A stretch of 39,913 nt of DNA from an uncultured Spartobacteria bacterium (lineage in GTDB: Bacteria; Verrucomicrobiota; Verrucomicrobiia; Chthoniobacterales; UBA6821). Of this stretch, positions 15,841-25,843 are shown piece after piece (the first letter of the stretch is position 1; every line of letters begins with the position of its first letter). The stretch covers positions 1 through 39,913 of the forward strand of contig CAIKYN010000059.1 in the NCBI GenBank assembly GCA_903831635.1, written 5' to 3'. The notes below the pieces were generated by a model. That model saw only the letters and a program-made list of their open reading frames with translations. It had not been told where the DNA came from and ran no database searches. A program made the position numbers and the translations under genes.

Positions 15841-16554
15841 ATGAAGCTAGCTCAAGGAAACAGCGCGGCATCACGGAGCCGAAACAATGCCCTCAAGCAC
15901 GAAGTGCATGGGAGAACAAGATACAGATTTACGCTGTTCATCATCCTTTTCTCCCTTGGGCTTGGTTGCAGGATATCTTCTGCGCAGCAGGTGATCAGTG
16001 GAGGGCTCAGCGTTGGCTCTAGCAACCGAGTAACTGGTACAAATTCAGCTGCATTTGGAACCAGCAACACCGTCAGTGGAGCCAGTGCTGTCGCAGTAGG
16101 CACCTCCGCTAGCGCGTCAGGGAAAAATAGTGTCTCTTTGGGAGGTTCGGCAACGGGGCAGAATGCACTTTCACACGGTGCTTCTACAGCGGGCGGTAGT
16201 TATGCCAGTGCATTCAACAACTCAGCTGCAAATGGTAACTTCAGTTTTTCAGGCAATATTGCGGTAGCCACAAATACATGCTCCGCCGCTTTGGGATACC
16301 AAACCCTAACGGCTTCTCCGATGGAGGTTGTGGTTGGCCTTTACAACAAGAATGTGGGGAATGGGGAAACCGCAATCACCACAACTAACGGGTACTACGT
16401 TTTAACCGATGGTACTGCTCCATTGTTCGTTATTGGAAATGGAAATAGCAACACTCCATCGAATGCATTTCAAGTGCGATATGATGGCAAGGTCTTGGTG
16501 AATCCATCAGGAGATTTAAGCATGGGAGGGTTCACTAACGGCCCCACGCCTTGA
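15841..16554 (+). CDS. secreted protein with Hep/Hag-like (YadA-head/tail-fibre-like) Gly/Ser/Ala/Asn repeats
   Basis: N-terminal hydrophobic signal/anchor (YRFTLFIILFSLGLGC). Repeats of the SxAxGxxNxxxGxxSxAxG type follow (NSAAFGTSNTVSGASAVAVGTSASASGKNSVSLGG...). The C-terminus is PLFVIGNGNSNTPSNAFQVRYDGKV. Confidence 0.65.
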   Translation: MKLAQGNSAASRSRNNALKHEVHGRTRYRFTLFIILFSLGLGCRISSAQQVISGGLSVGSSNRVTGTNSAAFGTSNTVSGASAVAVGTSASASGKNSVSLGGSATGQNALSHGASTAGGSYASAFNNSAANGNFSFSGNIAVATNTCSAALGYQTLTASPMEVVVGLYNKNVGNGETAITTTNGYYVLTDGTAPLFVIGNGNSNTPSNAFQVRYDGKVLVNPSGDLSMGGFTNGPTP

Positions 16555-16605
16555 GGTTCAGTGTTTTAAACCAAATTGGGAATTTAGATCAAAAGTCTAG
16601 TTTAG

Positions 16606-19600
16606 ATGGACCCGAAGAACTCCCAAAAAGAGGGCGGATTCACGCGCCGGAGCATTTTGGTCGTTATATGCCTGGTTGCTCTACCCATCTTGACCTATGC
16701 GGCAGCTCCTGAATGGTGGTTACAATATGGAATATCAACCACGCAGAGTCTAAGCACTAGCAAAGCAACAGACTATAGCGCAATAAACCAAGGTCAGCTT
16801 AAAAACCTTGCCAATGGAGCGGCATCAGCAATGGATTCCTACTTTCCAGAGGGTGCTGGATCAGATATCCATGCACTGGTCGGATCGTGGTCTATCTCCA
16901 ATTCATACACTTCAGATTACTCGGCAGTAAATCTGGGACAGCTCAAATCTGTCGCAAAACCTTTCTATGATAAGTTGATTCAGAAGGGGTATGCACAACA
17001 ATACCCTTGGTTAAGTAACACGGTAAGTATTCCAAGTGATTATTCACTAGCAAACATAGGACAGGCTAAAAATCTATTTTCATTTGATCCTGCTCAATTA
17101 GCAGGCTATTCGACAGGTTATTATACAAATGCCTCTGGAAGTTGGTATTACGGAACATTTAAAAACTATTATTACTCATTCACACCATCATCCCAATCGA
17201 CCTCCATGGTGACACGGCATGGGTGGAACAGCGCCCAAGCAACGAATTACTATAATTTTCTAAGCAGCAATCCAACTCTCATGGCTACCGGCCTCACCGC
17301 TTGGTTTAGGTCAGATAAAGGAGTCATTAGATCATCAAACAATAAAATCAGTAAGTGGGTTGATCAAGTCACCGGTAACTTTTCTGTTCTACAAAACAGC
17401 AATAATTCACAACCAACCATACAAACCAATGTCATTAATGGATGTCCGGCAATCAATTTCAATGGGTTTCAGACACTGACCAATACGTATCTCCCCTCGG
17501 ATCCTGCTTTAAATTCTGATATCACATTAATCGCTGTATGCAATACTACCAATAATTCCGCATTACAGTATTCAGTTGCGATGGGCACATGGGGGAATCC
17601 CTACACTTGTCGATCACTTGGATATAACCGCGGAAGTCAATTTATGGACTCCTATGGGATATCACCCTCTGGTGCACCTGCTAGTTCAAACGGAACTTAC
17701 TCCGTCGAGGCATGTTCAGTAGGCCCGGGACTTACCAACACGATCTTTTACAGGAATGGCACAATCATGCAGACCAATACTATTGGGCAATTGAATGGGC
17801 TGACGGCAGGATTTAATATCGGAGTTGCAAGGCCTGGTGGAGTAGGTTGGCAGGGCAACATTGCAGAACTTCTTGTCTATGATCACCAGCTTACGGCGAG
17901 TGAATTCAGTCAGGTTAGCACTTATCTTGGCTCCCGATATAATACCTATGCTCCTGGTGTTCCATGGCTTACGAATTTCACACCGGCTGTGCAAGCTGTC
18001 ATTGCCTCCAAGCAATTCAACAAGGATCAGGCTGATAGTTACAAACTGTACTTATCAACACTCAACTCCTCTCAAACTTCAATAGTTCTGAAGCATCAAT
18101 GGACAATTACTCAAGCTCAAAACTATTTTGCAATGCAAAGCAACAATCCTGGGATGTTAACTTCAGGGCTGACCGCATGGTTTAGTTCCGGAAACGGTGT
18201 TTTAACGGACTCAAATGGATATGTGACTACATGGATTGATCAATCCACTGGTGCATACACTGTTAGCCAGACAAATCAAGGGCAGCAGCCCGTATATCTT
18301 ACCAACACTACAAACGGCTACCCGTTAATATCATTTAGTGGCAGCAACTCCCTGATTAACCCCGCAGCCTATGCAGATGCAGGTCTTAATTCTGACATGA
18401 CGGTTATTGTTGTTGGTGATTCTACAAATAATACCTTACAGCAATACGCTGTTACCCTTGGAACGTGGGGAACTATGACCAGATGTCGTGCCTTGGGTTA
18501 TTTTAGAACTGCACAGGTCATGGATGCCTATGGTATCAGTCCGAATGGTGCACCTGCTGCAGCGAACAATACATTTACAACCGAAGCCTGGAGTTTGAGC
18601 CCGGGATTGGGAAGTGTCTCATTTTATCGCAATGGAAATCTGACTTCATCAAAGAGCATATCAGGAATGGGAACTCTTAGCCCTGGTATCGCAGTCGGAG
18701 CCAGCCGAGCCGCTACAGAAACATGGCAAGGGAGTATCGCTGAAATATTGGTCTATGATCACCAGCTTAGTGCGAGCGAATGGACAAATGTAAACTCTTA
18801 CCTCAATTATAAGTATTACCGAGGATGGGTTTCTGACTATTCCCCATCGATTCAACAAGTTATCCAAAAACATCAATGGAGTCACCAACAAGCAGCAGCT
18901 TACGCTAAGATGGTTAGCAACAATCCGTCGATGCTGACTACCGGTTTAACAGCATGGTTGAGAGCAGATGGTGGTGTTTCTGTGGATACGAATGGGAATG
19001 TGAGTTCTTTAACAGATCAAGTTACTGGCAACTTTAGTGTCGGAGCAACGTCACAAAGCAGTGGTCCGACTTTGATTACAAACGCATTGGGAGGAAAGTC
19101 TGTACTTCGTTTCTATGGCAATCAAGGACTTGCCAATGACGGTGCCCTAGCTGATCCCGGTCTTAATTCCGATATGACGATGATCGTGGTGGGATCAACA
19201 TCATCCAATTATCAACAGCAATACGCAGTTTCAATCGGAGCATTTTGGCAGTGGGGCGCTAGGAGAGCTCTTGGTTATTGCAATGGATTACAACAAATGG
19301 ATGCCTATGGAATCTATGCCTTTGGCACGAATTCCCCAGGAAACCAATCTTATACTATGGAGGCTTGGTCCCTTGCAGGAGACATGAATACTGTCAGCTT
19401 TTATCGAAATGGTAATCTGACAGCTACTAATTCCCTCAACGGCACACTGGGAAATCTTAATAATGGAATCTATCTTGGCGAAAGTTATGATGGCTTAGGC
19501 TATAATTGGAGCGGAGATATTGCAGAGATTCTAGTTTATGATCATCAGCTTAGCCCGCAAGAGATGTTGCAAGTCTCGTCCTATGTGAGTGGAAAGTATG

Positions 19601-22600
19601 GTCTGTATAGCTCTAATGCACCTTGGTTACAGGGCTACACGACAGACCAACAAGCTGAAATAAATAAGCATCAATGGAGCCAGTCTCAGGCAGTAAATTA
19701 TGCTGCCTTGCAGTCAAATAATCCTACCATACTGACAACAGGACTGAGTGCCTGGTTCAAGGCAGATTCAGGCGTTTCCGTCGATAGCAGTAACAATGTG
19801 ACTTCATGGGGAGATCAGACAGGCAACTATAACGTGAACCAGTCCGATGTTACCGACGGTTACGCTCCAACCTACGTGACCAATGATTTGAATAGACTTC
19901 CAGCCTTGAGATTCAATGGCGGCCAGTTCCTTGCCAGTACGGCACAAGTAGACAACGGTTGGAACTCTGACATAACAATCATCACTGTTGGGGCGACCAC
20001 GAACCCAAGCACCGGTTCACAGCAATATAGCTGCTATGTCGGAGGAGGAGGCAATGCAGGCGATTCCCGAGGGATGGGATACAATGATTCTTGGAGTGTG
20101 ATTAACGGTTATTGGCAGTTATTGAATACTCAGTATGCAGACTATGATGGAATAGGATTAAACGGCATCAACCCCATAGCTTTTGGGGCTTTTGCACTCG
20201 AGGCAACAACATTGGCCTCAGATCTCCAAACAGTAGGTTTTTATAGGAATGGCACTCCCACGGCAGGGGGGAGTGTCACCGGAATAACCAATATTTCTGG
20301 CGGGATCACTCTCGGGGCAAGATCTGGAGGAATCTATGGATGGCAGGGGGATATTGCTGAGGTGCTAGTTTATGACCATCAACTTAGCCCTCAAGAAATG
20401 GCTCAAGTCTCGGCCTATATTTCAGGAAAGTACGGACTCTACAGTTCAAATGCCCCTTGGCTGCAGAATTATTCTCTCGATCAACAGGCTGCAATTAGTA
20501 GACATCAATGGAACCAAACACAGGCTGCAAATTACGTTGCTCTTCAGAGTAATAACCCGATAATGCTAACTGCCGGTTTATCCGCATGGTTTAAGGCAGA
20601 TACGGGAGTCACGACGAACTCTGATGGGGCTGTTTTATCTTGGATAGACCAATTGGGTAATATTACTGTCACTCAGAGTAACGTAGTGCAGCAACCGTCC
20701 TATGTTAGCAATGCACAGAATGGACTTCCTGCGGTACGATTTAATGGTTTTCAGGGATTGGCAAACGCCAGTTCGGTACCCGATCTAGGACTGACAAATG
20801 ATCTAACAGTAATTGCGGTAGGAAACACTACCAATAATACGGCCCAACAGTACGCCGTTGCTATGGGAACATGGGGCAATTGGGGGCAAATGCGCTCGTT
20901 GGGATATCTATCATCATTACAGCTGATGGATACCTATGGGAGCCAGGGGCAACAATATGTACTGGGAACAAATGCTCCCAATAATGGTGTGTACGTCTCT
21001 GAAGGATGGAGCCTTAGCCCCGGCGCTACAAATGTTACCTTTTCTAGAAACGGATCTATCACAGGAATTGTACCAATCGGAGGAGTTTCTGCGATATCTA
21101 CAGGATTTTATATCGGAGAATCCTCTGATCAAGTATGCGGATGGCAGGGGGATGTTGCTGAGGTGCTTGTCTATGACCATCAGCTTAGTCAACAAGAAAT
21201 GGCTCAAGTCTCGGCCTATATTTCAGGAAAGTACGGACTCTATAGTTCAAATGCTCCTTGGTTACAAAACTACTCAGTAGACCAGCAGGCTGAGATCAAC
21301 AAACATCAGTGGAACGCGACGCAGGCATCTAAATACGCAGCAATGCAAGCAGCCAACGCCAACTTGCCCACTACGGGGCTCTCTGTTTGGTTTAATGCTG
21401 CAAGCGGGGTTTCAACAAGTGGAAGCAATGTCATTGGATGGACGGATCTTGTGACCGGAAATTTCAGTGTGACTCAGAGCAATGCGGCTCAACAGCCATC
21501 TTATGTTAGTAATACGCTGAATGGTCTTCCATCAGTACGATTTAATGGAGCCCAAGGATTATCGAACCTTACAGTTCCGACAGATCCCGGTTTGACCAAT
21601 GACCTCACTGTTATTGCTGTCGCAAATACAACCAATAATGTAGCTCAACAATATAGCGTATCAATGGGAACATGGGGTAGTTGGGGACAAATGAGGCTTT
21701 TGGGATACGCATCATCACAAGAAATTCTTAATACCTATGGAAATTACAGGAGCCAATACGTATTCGGAACAAATGTGGCAAATAATTCTAGTTATACTAT
21801 GGAGGGATGGAGCCTTAGTCCCGGAAAGACAAATGCCATTTTTTACCGGAATGGATCCGTAAACGCAAATCAACCAATCAATGGAGTCTCAACAATTTCC
21901 AGCGGATTCAATCTGGGTCAGGCATATAATGGTGTATACGGTTGGCAGGGGGATATTACAGAAATCCTTGTTTATGACCATCAACTTAGCCCTCAAGAAA
22001 TGGCTCAAGTCTCGGCCTATATTTCAGGGAAGTACGGACTCTATAGTTCAAATGCTCCTTGGTTGCAAAACTACTCGGTAGACCAGCAGGCTGAGATCAA
22101 CAAACATCAGTGGAACCAAAGTCAGGCTTACAGCTATGCTTTAATGCAATCAAACAACACAAATGTTATGACTTCAGGCCTGACTGCATGGTTCAGGGGA
22201 GATAACGGAGTAATTACTGATTCTAACAATAATGTAACCAGTTGGGTTGATCAGGTTACTGGATCATATTCGGTTAGCAATAGTGTAGCAGGTATGCAGC
22301 CCCTATTCGTAACAAACAGTCAGTTAAATGGAATGCCTCTCATTAGGCTTACGGGTCAGCAAGGATTGGAAAACCTCAATGTAACAATAGATCCTGGTTT
22401 AAATACTGATATGACAGTTATTGAAGTTGGATGTACTACCAACCCTGGAGTTCAACAATATGCTGTTACATTGGGAACTTGGGGCAATTATGGGCAAAGA
22501 CGCTCCTTGGGATATTACAACTTTTCTCAAATCATGGATGCAGACAGTGTCTATGCATTGGGTAGTTCTGTTCCATTCGGTGAGGCATATACAGTAGAGG

Positions 22601-25600
22601 GGTGGTCTTTAGACCCGGGAAGAACAAATGTTACATTCATCAGAAACGGAGAAACTGGACCGTCGGTCGCATTTTCAGGTGTTGGTAATCAGTCCCAAGG
22701 AATCTGCATCGGAGAGGGATATATCAAAACCTTCACATGGCAGGGAGATATTGCAGAAGTGCTGATATATGACCATAAGCTTAGCAGTAATGAAATATCC
22801 AAGGTCAATCAGTACATAGGTGATAAATATGGATTGTACACGCCATCGGCAACCTGGCCAAACGCCTATTCGACATCTGGACAAAGTTTAATACAGCGAA
22901 ATAAGTGGAGTAAAAAGCAGGCTGATAATTATACGGTACAATCTTCCTTAAATCCCAATATCATGGCGACAGGACTTGCTCTATGGTTTAAGGCAGATAG
23001 TGGTATAGCAACAAATGGAACAAATGTTGTTGGATGGACAGATGCTATCCGTGGAGAAAAACTAAATCAATATTCAGCGGGAAACCAACCTGGATATGCT
23101 ACTAATATAGTTGGTGGGTTTCCAGTTGTGAGATATTCGGGAGGTAATCAATGGCTTTATTGTAGTGGGAATTCCACAAACGCTGCAAACCTTAACAGTG
23201 ACATGACGATGATCACTGTAGCTGCAACAACAAACCCCTCTCCACAACAGTACAGTGTGTACTTGGGTTCAGGAGGTACTGGTCAAAATAGAGCTATGGG
23301 ATATTATCAGAGTCGGGAGCTGATGGACACATATAATATTTACGGACAAGGAATTGCATCTCCCGATACCAATATTTTTGTTACTGAGTCTTGGACACTT
23401 AATTCGAACTGCACAGCACTTACCTTCTATCAAAATGGAGTTCAAACTGCGAGTAGTACTCTTTCCGGCGTTCAAAACATAGGCTCGGGTATCTCTATAG
23501 GTGCCGTAGCATTTGCATCTGGAATTGGTTGGCAAGGAGATATTGCTGAGGTTCTTGTTTATGATCACCAACTTAGCAGTAATGAATTTGCACAGGTAAA
23601 TCAGTACATCGGAGACAAATACGGAATGTACAATGCCTTTGCGAGCTGGACCAACGGCTATACACCTGCGGTTCAAGCTCAGATTGCTAAGCACCAATGG
23701 AATCGCCAGCAGGCTGATGCTTATGTGGCAATGCAATCCGCAAATACAAATGTGCTAACGACAGGGCTGAGCATGTGGTATCGAGCTGATGCGGGTATCA
23801 CAACAAATTCGACCAATGGACAAGTGACGAGTTGGGCGGATCAGACCGGCAATTACTCTGTGAGCCAGTCAAGTTCCAATAACCAGCCCTTATTAATTAC
23901 GAATGATCTTTCCGGTAAACCTGCATTGCGATTTAACGGAAGTCAGTTCTTGTACAATCCTCGACAGATCGACCCAGGAATGAACGGCGACATGACGATG
24001 ATTACCGTTGCATCAAGTTCTAAAACGAACGTTGGTCAGTTTACCTGTTATCTTGGAAACAGCTCAGACTACTCGGGAAGAGGCCTGGGCTACTATGGAT
24101 TCAAGCAATATTTTACTACTTATAATAATGATACAACAGGAACCAATCTCCCTGACGCAAATATTTTTAATGCAGAAGCTGTTACACTGAGTGCAAATAA
24201 AACAAATGTAGTTTTCTACCGAAATGGAATACAGACGCGAAATACATCAATTTCTTATCCAGCTGGAAGCGTTAGTCCTGGTGTAACCATTGGAGGAGAG
24301 GGCTTCCAGCTAAACTGGCAAGGAGATATTGCTGAGGTTCTTGTTTATGATCACCAACTTAGCAGTAATGAATTTGCACAGGTAAATCAGTACATCGGAG
24401 ACAAATACGGAATGTACAATGCCTTTGCGAGCTGGACTAACGGCTATACACCTGCGGTTCAAGCTCAGATTGCTAAGCACCAATGGAATCGCCAGCAGGC
24501 TGATGCTTATGTGGCAATGCAATCCGCAAATACAAATGTGCTAACGACAGGGCTGAGCATGTGGTATCGAGCTGACGCGGGTATCACAACGAATTCGACC
24601 AATGGACAAGTGGCGAGTTGGGCGGATCAGACCGGAAACTACTCTGTGAGCCAGCCAAGTTACAATAACCAGCCCTTATTAATTACGAATGATCTGTCCG
24701 GTAAACCTGCATTGCGATTTAACGGAAGTCAGTTCTTGTACAATCCTCGGCAGATCGACCCAGGTATGAATAGTGACATGACTATCGTCACTGTTGGGAT
24801 GACAACCAATCCTAACCATCAACAATATAGTTGCTATATGGGCGGGCCAAACTCAAGTACAGGAAGGGGTATCGGATATTATAATGGTAACCAGACTTTT
24901 TCGCTATATGATAACGATGTATTTTCTACAAACCCAGCTATTACCAATCGGTTTGCAGCAGAGTATGCAACTCTAGATACTAACCTAAAGTCTATTAATC
25001 TTTATAGAGACGCAATAAAAACAGCATCTCTAGCTGCTTCATATCCCGCTTCAACTATAGCTCCTGGAATCACTATTGGATCAGTCGGGACACGAACTGA
25101 TATAGCATGGCAAGGCGATATTGCTGAAGTCCTTGTGTATGACCATCAGCTCAGTCCACAAGAAATGACACAGTTGGGTGTTTACTTTATAGGAAAGTAT
25201 GGACTCTATATCTCGGTGCCTGCCCCGGTGATTTCTCCCAATGGTGGTACTAATTCAAATTCAGTAAATGTAACGATGACAGGTTATGCGTCGCCATCAC
25301 AGATTCGTTATACTTTGGATGGAAGCATTCCTAACAGCAATTCGCTTCTTTATTCTGGACAGCTCTCTTTAATTCAAAGCTCACAAATTCAGGCCGCTGT
25401 ATTTTTAAATGGGGTGATGATCAGCCCTATTGCAACGGCTCAGTATTACATCGGAGATACTTATCAGATTGGTATATCAGATGCATGGCAGTTACAGTAC
25501 TTCGGAACAGTATCGAATCTTAATCCTAATGCATTGGTCCCTGGTGGTAGTGGTCTTACTTACCTTCAAGCCTATGAGTGGGGGTATGATCCAACAAAAT

Positions 25601-25836
25601 ATTCAAGTAACGGAGATGGTCTTTCTGATTACGTAAACCATCTCCTCGGATATGGTGGAAATAATCTCGATATTAATGGAGACGGTTTGAGTAATGCGCA
25701 GGATCTGGCTCTTGGATTAAATCCATTTTATTCAAATACCAAGTACACAACAGCACCTACTGCAAATCCAAATGATCATTCTCTGCCAGTAATCAATCTT
25801 ACTGTCCCGAGCGGTGCCAATCTTCTTACCCACTAA
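16606..25836 (+). CDS. giant secreted repeat protein: 10 LamG/concanavalin-like (Laminin_G_3-type) modules, a chitobiase-C-like domain and Asp-rich Ca-binding-like repeats
   Basis: 3076-aa uninterrupted ORF with a signal peptide (RRSILVVICLVALPILTYAAAP). It contains ten modules of about 262-290 aa, each ending in WQG(D/N)I(A/T)E(V/I/L)L(V/I)YDH(Q/K)L(S/T). The C-terminus has IRYTLDGSIPNSNSLLY (CHB_HEX_C-like) and DINGDGLSNAQD. Confidence 0.85.
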   Translation: MDPKNSQKEGGFTRRSILVVICLVALPILTYAAAPEWWLQYGISTTQSLSTSKATDYSAINQGQLKNLANGAASAMDSYFPEGAGSDIHALVGSWSISNSYTSDYSAVNLGQLKSVAKPFYDKLIQKGYAQQYPWLSNTVSIPSDYSLANIGQAKNLFSFDPAQLAGYSTGYYTNASGSWYYGTFKNYYYSFTPSSQSTSMVTRHGWNSAQATNYYNFLSSNPTLMATGLTAWFRSDKGVIRSSNNKISKWVDQVTGNFSVLQNSNNSQPTIQTNVINGCPAINFNGFQTLTNTYLPSDPALNSDITLIAVCNTTNNSALQYSVAMGTWGNPYTCRSLGYNRGSQFMDSYGISPSGAPASSNGTYSVEACSVGPGLTNTIFYRNGTIMQTNTIGQLNGLTAGFNIGVARPGGVGWQGNIAELLVYDHQLTASEFSQVSTYLGSRYNTYAPGVPWLTNFTPAVQAVIASKQFNKDQADSYKLYLSTLNSSQTSIVLKHQWTITQAQNYFAMQSNNPGMLTSGLTAWFSSGNGVLTDSNGYVTTWIDQSTGAYTVSQTNQGQQPVYLTNTTNGYPLISFSGSNSLINPAAYADAGLNSDMTVIVVGDSTNNTLQQYAVTLGTWGTMTRCRALGYFRTAQVMDAYGISPNGAPAAANNTFTTEAWSLSPGLGSVSFYRNGNLTSSKSISGMGTLSPGIAVGASRAATETWQGSIAEILVYDHQLSASEWTNVNSYLNYKYYRGWVSDYSPSIQQVIQKHQWSHQQAAAYAKMVSNNPSMLTTGLTAWLRADGGVSVDTNGNVSSLTDQVTGNFSVGATSQSSGPTLITNALGGKSVLRFYGNQGLANDGALADPGLNSDMTMIVVGSTSSNYQQQYAVSIGAFWQWGARRALGYCNGLQQMDAYGIYAFGTNSPGNQSYTMEAWSLAGDMNTVSFYRNGNLTATNSLNGTLGNLNNGIYLGESYDGLGYNWSGDIAEILVYDHQLSPQEMLQVSSYVSGKYGLYSSNAPWLQGYTTDQQAEINKHQWSQSQAVNYAALQSNNPTILTTGLSAWFKADSGVSVDSSNNVTSWGDQTGNYNVNQSDVTDGYAPTYVTNDLNRLPALRFNGGQFLASTAQVDNGWNSDITIITVGATTNPSTGSQQYSCYVGGGGNAGDSRGMGYNDSWSVINGYWQLLNTQYADYDGIGLNGINPIAFGAFALEATTLASDLQTVGFYRNGTPTAGGSVTGITNISGGITLGARSGGIYGWQGDIAEVLVYDHQLSPQEMAQVSAYISGKYGLYSSNAPWLQNYSLDQQAAISRHQWNQTQAANYVALQSNNPIMLTAGLSAWFKADTGVTTNSDGAVLSWIDQLGNITVTQSNVVQQPSYVSNAQNGLPAVRFNGFQGLANASSVPDLGLTNDLTVIAVGNTTNNTAQQYAVAMGTWGNWGQMRSLGYLSSLQLMDTYGSQGQQYVLGTNAPNNGVYVSEGWSLSPGATNVTFSRNGSITGIVPIGGVSAISTGFYIGESSDQVCGWQGDVAEVLVYDHQLSQQEMAQVSAYISGKYGLYSSNAPWLQNYSVDQQAEINKHQWNATQASKYAAMQAANANLPTTGLSVWFNAASGVSTSGSNVIGWTDLVTGNFSVTQSNAAQQPSYVSNTLNGLPSVRFNGAQGLSNLTVPTDPGLTNDLTVIAVANTTNNVAQQYSVSMGTWGSWGQMRLLGYASSQEILNTYGNYRSQYVFGTNVANNSSYTMEGWSLSPGKTNAIFYRNGSVNANQPINGVSTISSGFNLGQAYNGVYGWQGDITEILVYDHQLSPQEMAQVSAYISGKYGLYSSNAPWLQNYSVDQQAEINKHQWNQSQAYSYALMQSNNTNVMTSGLTAWFRGDNGVITDSNNNVTSWVDQVTGSYSVSNSVAGMQPLFVTNSQLNGMPLIRLTGQQGLENLNVTIDPGLNTDMTVIEVGCTTNPGVQQYAVTLGTWGNYGQRRSLGYYNFSQIMDADSVYALGSSVPFGEAYTVEGWSLDPGRTNVTFIRNGETGPSVAFSGVGNQSQGICIGEGYIKTFTWQGDIAEVLIYDHKLSSNEISKVNQYIGDKYGLYTPSATWPNAYSTSGQSLIQRNKWSKKQADNYTVQSSLNPNIMATGLALWFKADSGIATNGTNVVGWTDAIRGEKLNQYSAGNQPGYATNIVGGFPVVRYSGGNQWLYCSGNSTNAANLNSDMTMITVAATTNPSPQQYSVYLGSGGTGQNRAMGYYQSRELMDTYNIYGQGIASPDTNIFVTESWTLNSNCTALTFYQNGVQTASSTLSGVQNIGSGISIGAVAFASGIGWQGDIAEVLVYDHQLSSNEFAQVNQYIGDKYGMYNAFASWTNGYTPAVQAQIAKHQWNRQQADAYVAMQSANTNVLTTGLSMWYRADAGITTNSTNGQVTSWADQTGNYSVSQSSSNNQPLLITNDLSGKPALRFNGSQFLYNPRQIDPGMNGDMTMITVASSSKTNVGQFTCYLGNSSDYSGRGLGYYGFKQYFTTYNNDTTGTNLPDANIFNAEAVTLSANKTNVVFYRNGIQTRNTSISYPAGSVSPGVTIGGEGFQLNWQGDIAEVLVYDHQLSSNEFAQVNQYIGDKYGMYNAFASWTNGYTPAVQAQIAKHQWNRQQADAYVAMQSANTNVLTTGLSMWYRADAGITTNSTNGQVASWADQTGNYSVSQPSYNNQPLLITNDLSGKPALRFNGSQFLYNPRQIDPGMNSDMTIVTVGMTTNPNHQQYSCYMGGPNSSTGRGIGYYNGNQTFSLYDNDVFSTNPAITNRFAAEYATLDTNLKSINLYRDAIKTASLAASYPASTIAPGITIGSVGTRTDIAWQGDIAEVLVYDHQLSPQEMTQLGVYFIGKYGLYISVPAPVISPNGGTNSNSVNVTMTGYASPSQIRYTLDGSIPNSNSLLYSGQLSLIQSSQIQAAVFLNGVMISPIATAQYYIGDTYQIGISDAWQLQYFGTVSNLNPNALVPGGSGLTYLQAYEWGYDPTKYSSNGDGLSDYVNHLLGYGGNNLDINGDGLSNAQDLALGLNPFYSNTKYTTAPTANPNDHSLPVINLTVPSGANLLTH
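23530..23985 (+). repeat. intragenic near-identical repeat, copy 1 (pairs with 24316-24771)
   Basis: A block of about 456 bp is repeated at an offset of exactly 786 bp (262 codons). I counted about 11 mismatches by eye. Confidence 0.9.
24316..24771 (+). repeat. intragenic near-identical repeat, copy 2
   Basis: See copy 1. Both encode WQGDIAEVLVYDHQLSSNEFAQVNQYIGDKYGMYNAFASWTNGYTPAVQAQIAKHQWNRQQADAYVAMQSANTNVLTTGLSMWYRADAGITTNSTNGQV... Confidence 0.9.
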
Positions 25837-25843
25837 GCATTAT

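Noticed and set aside
15575-15874. 99-aa minus-strand ORF in the divergent promoter spacer
   Set aside because: It is Cys-rich, has odd composition, lies in an AT-rich intergenic region and overlaps the start of the 237-aa gene. It is probably spurious.
17716-24522. Multiple 60-155-aa antisense or out-of-frame ORFs inside the LamG gene (for example 23269-23736 and 24310-24522)
   Set aside because: They recur because the DNA is repeated, lie wholly within a 9.2-kb uninterrupted ORF, and have no independent support.
25814-25843. Earlier start for the rhs gene overlapping the LamG gene end
   Set aside because: The first codon of the ORF-track ORF is non-ATG and lies inside the LamG gene. The ATG at 25844 yields a canonical signal peptide.
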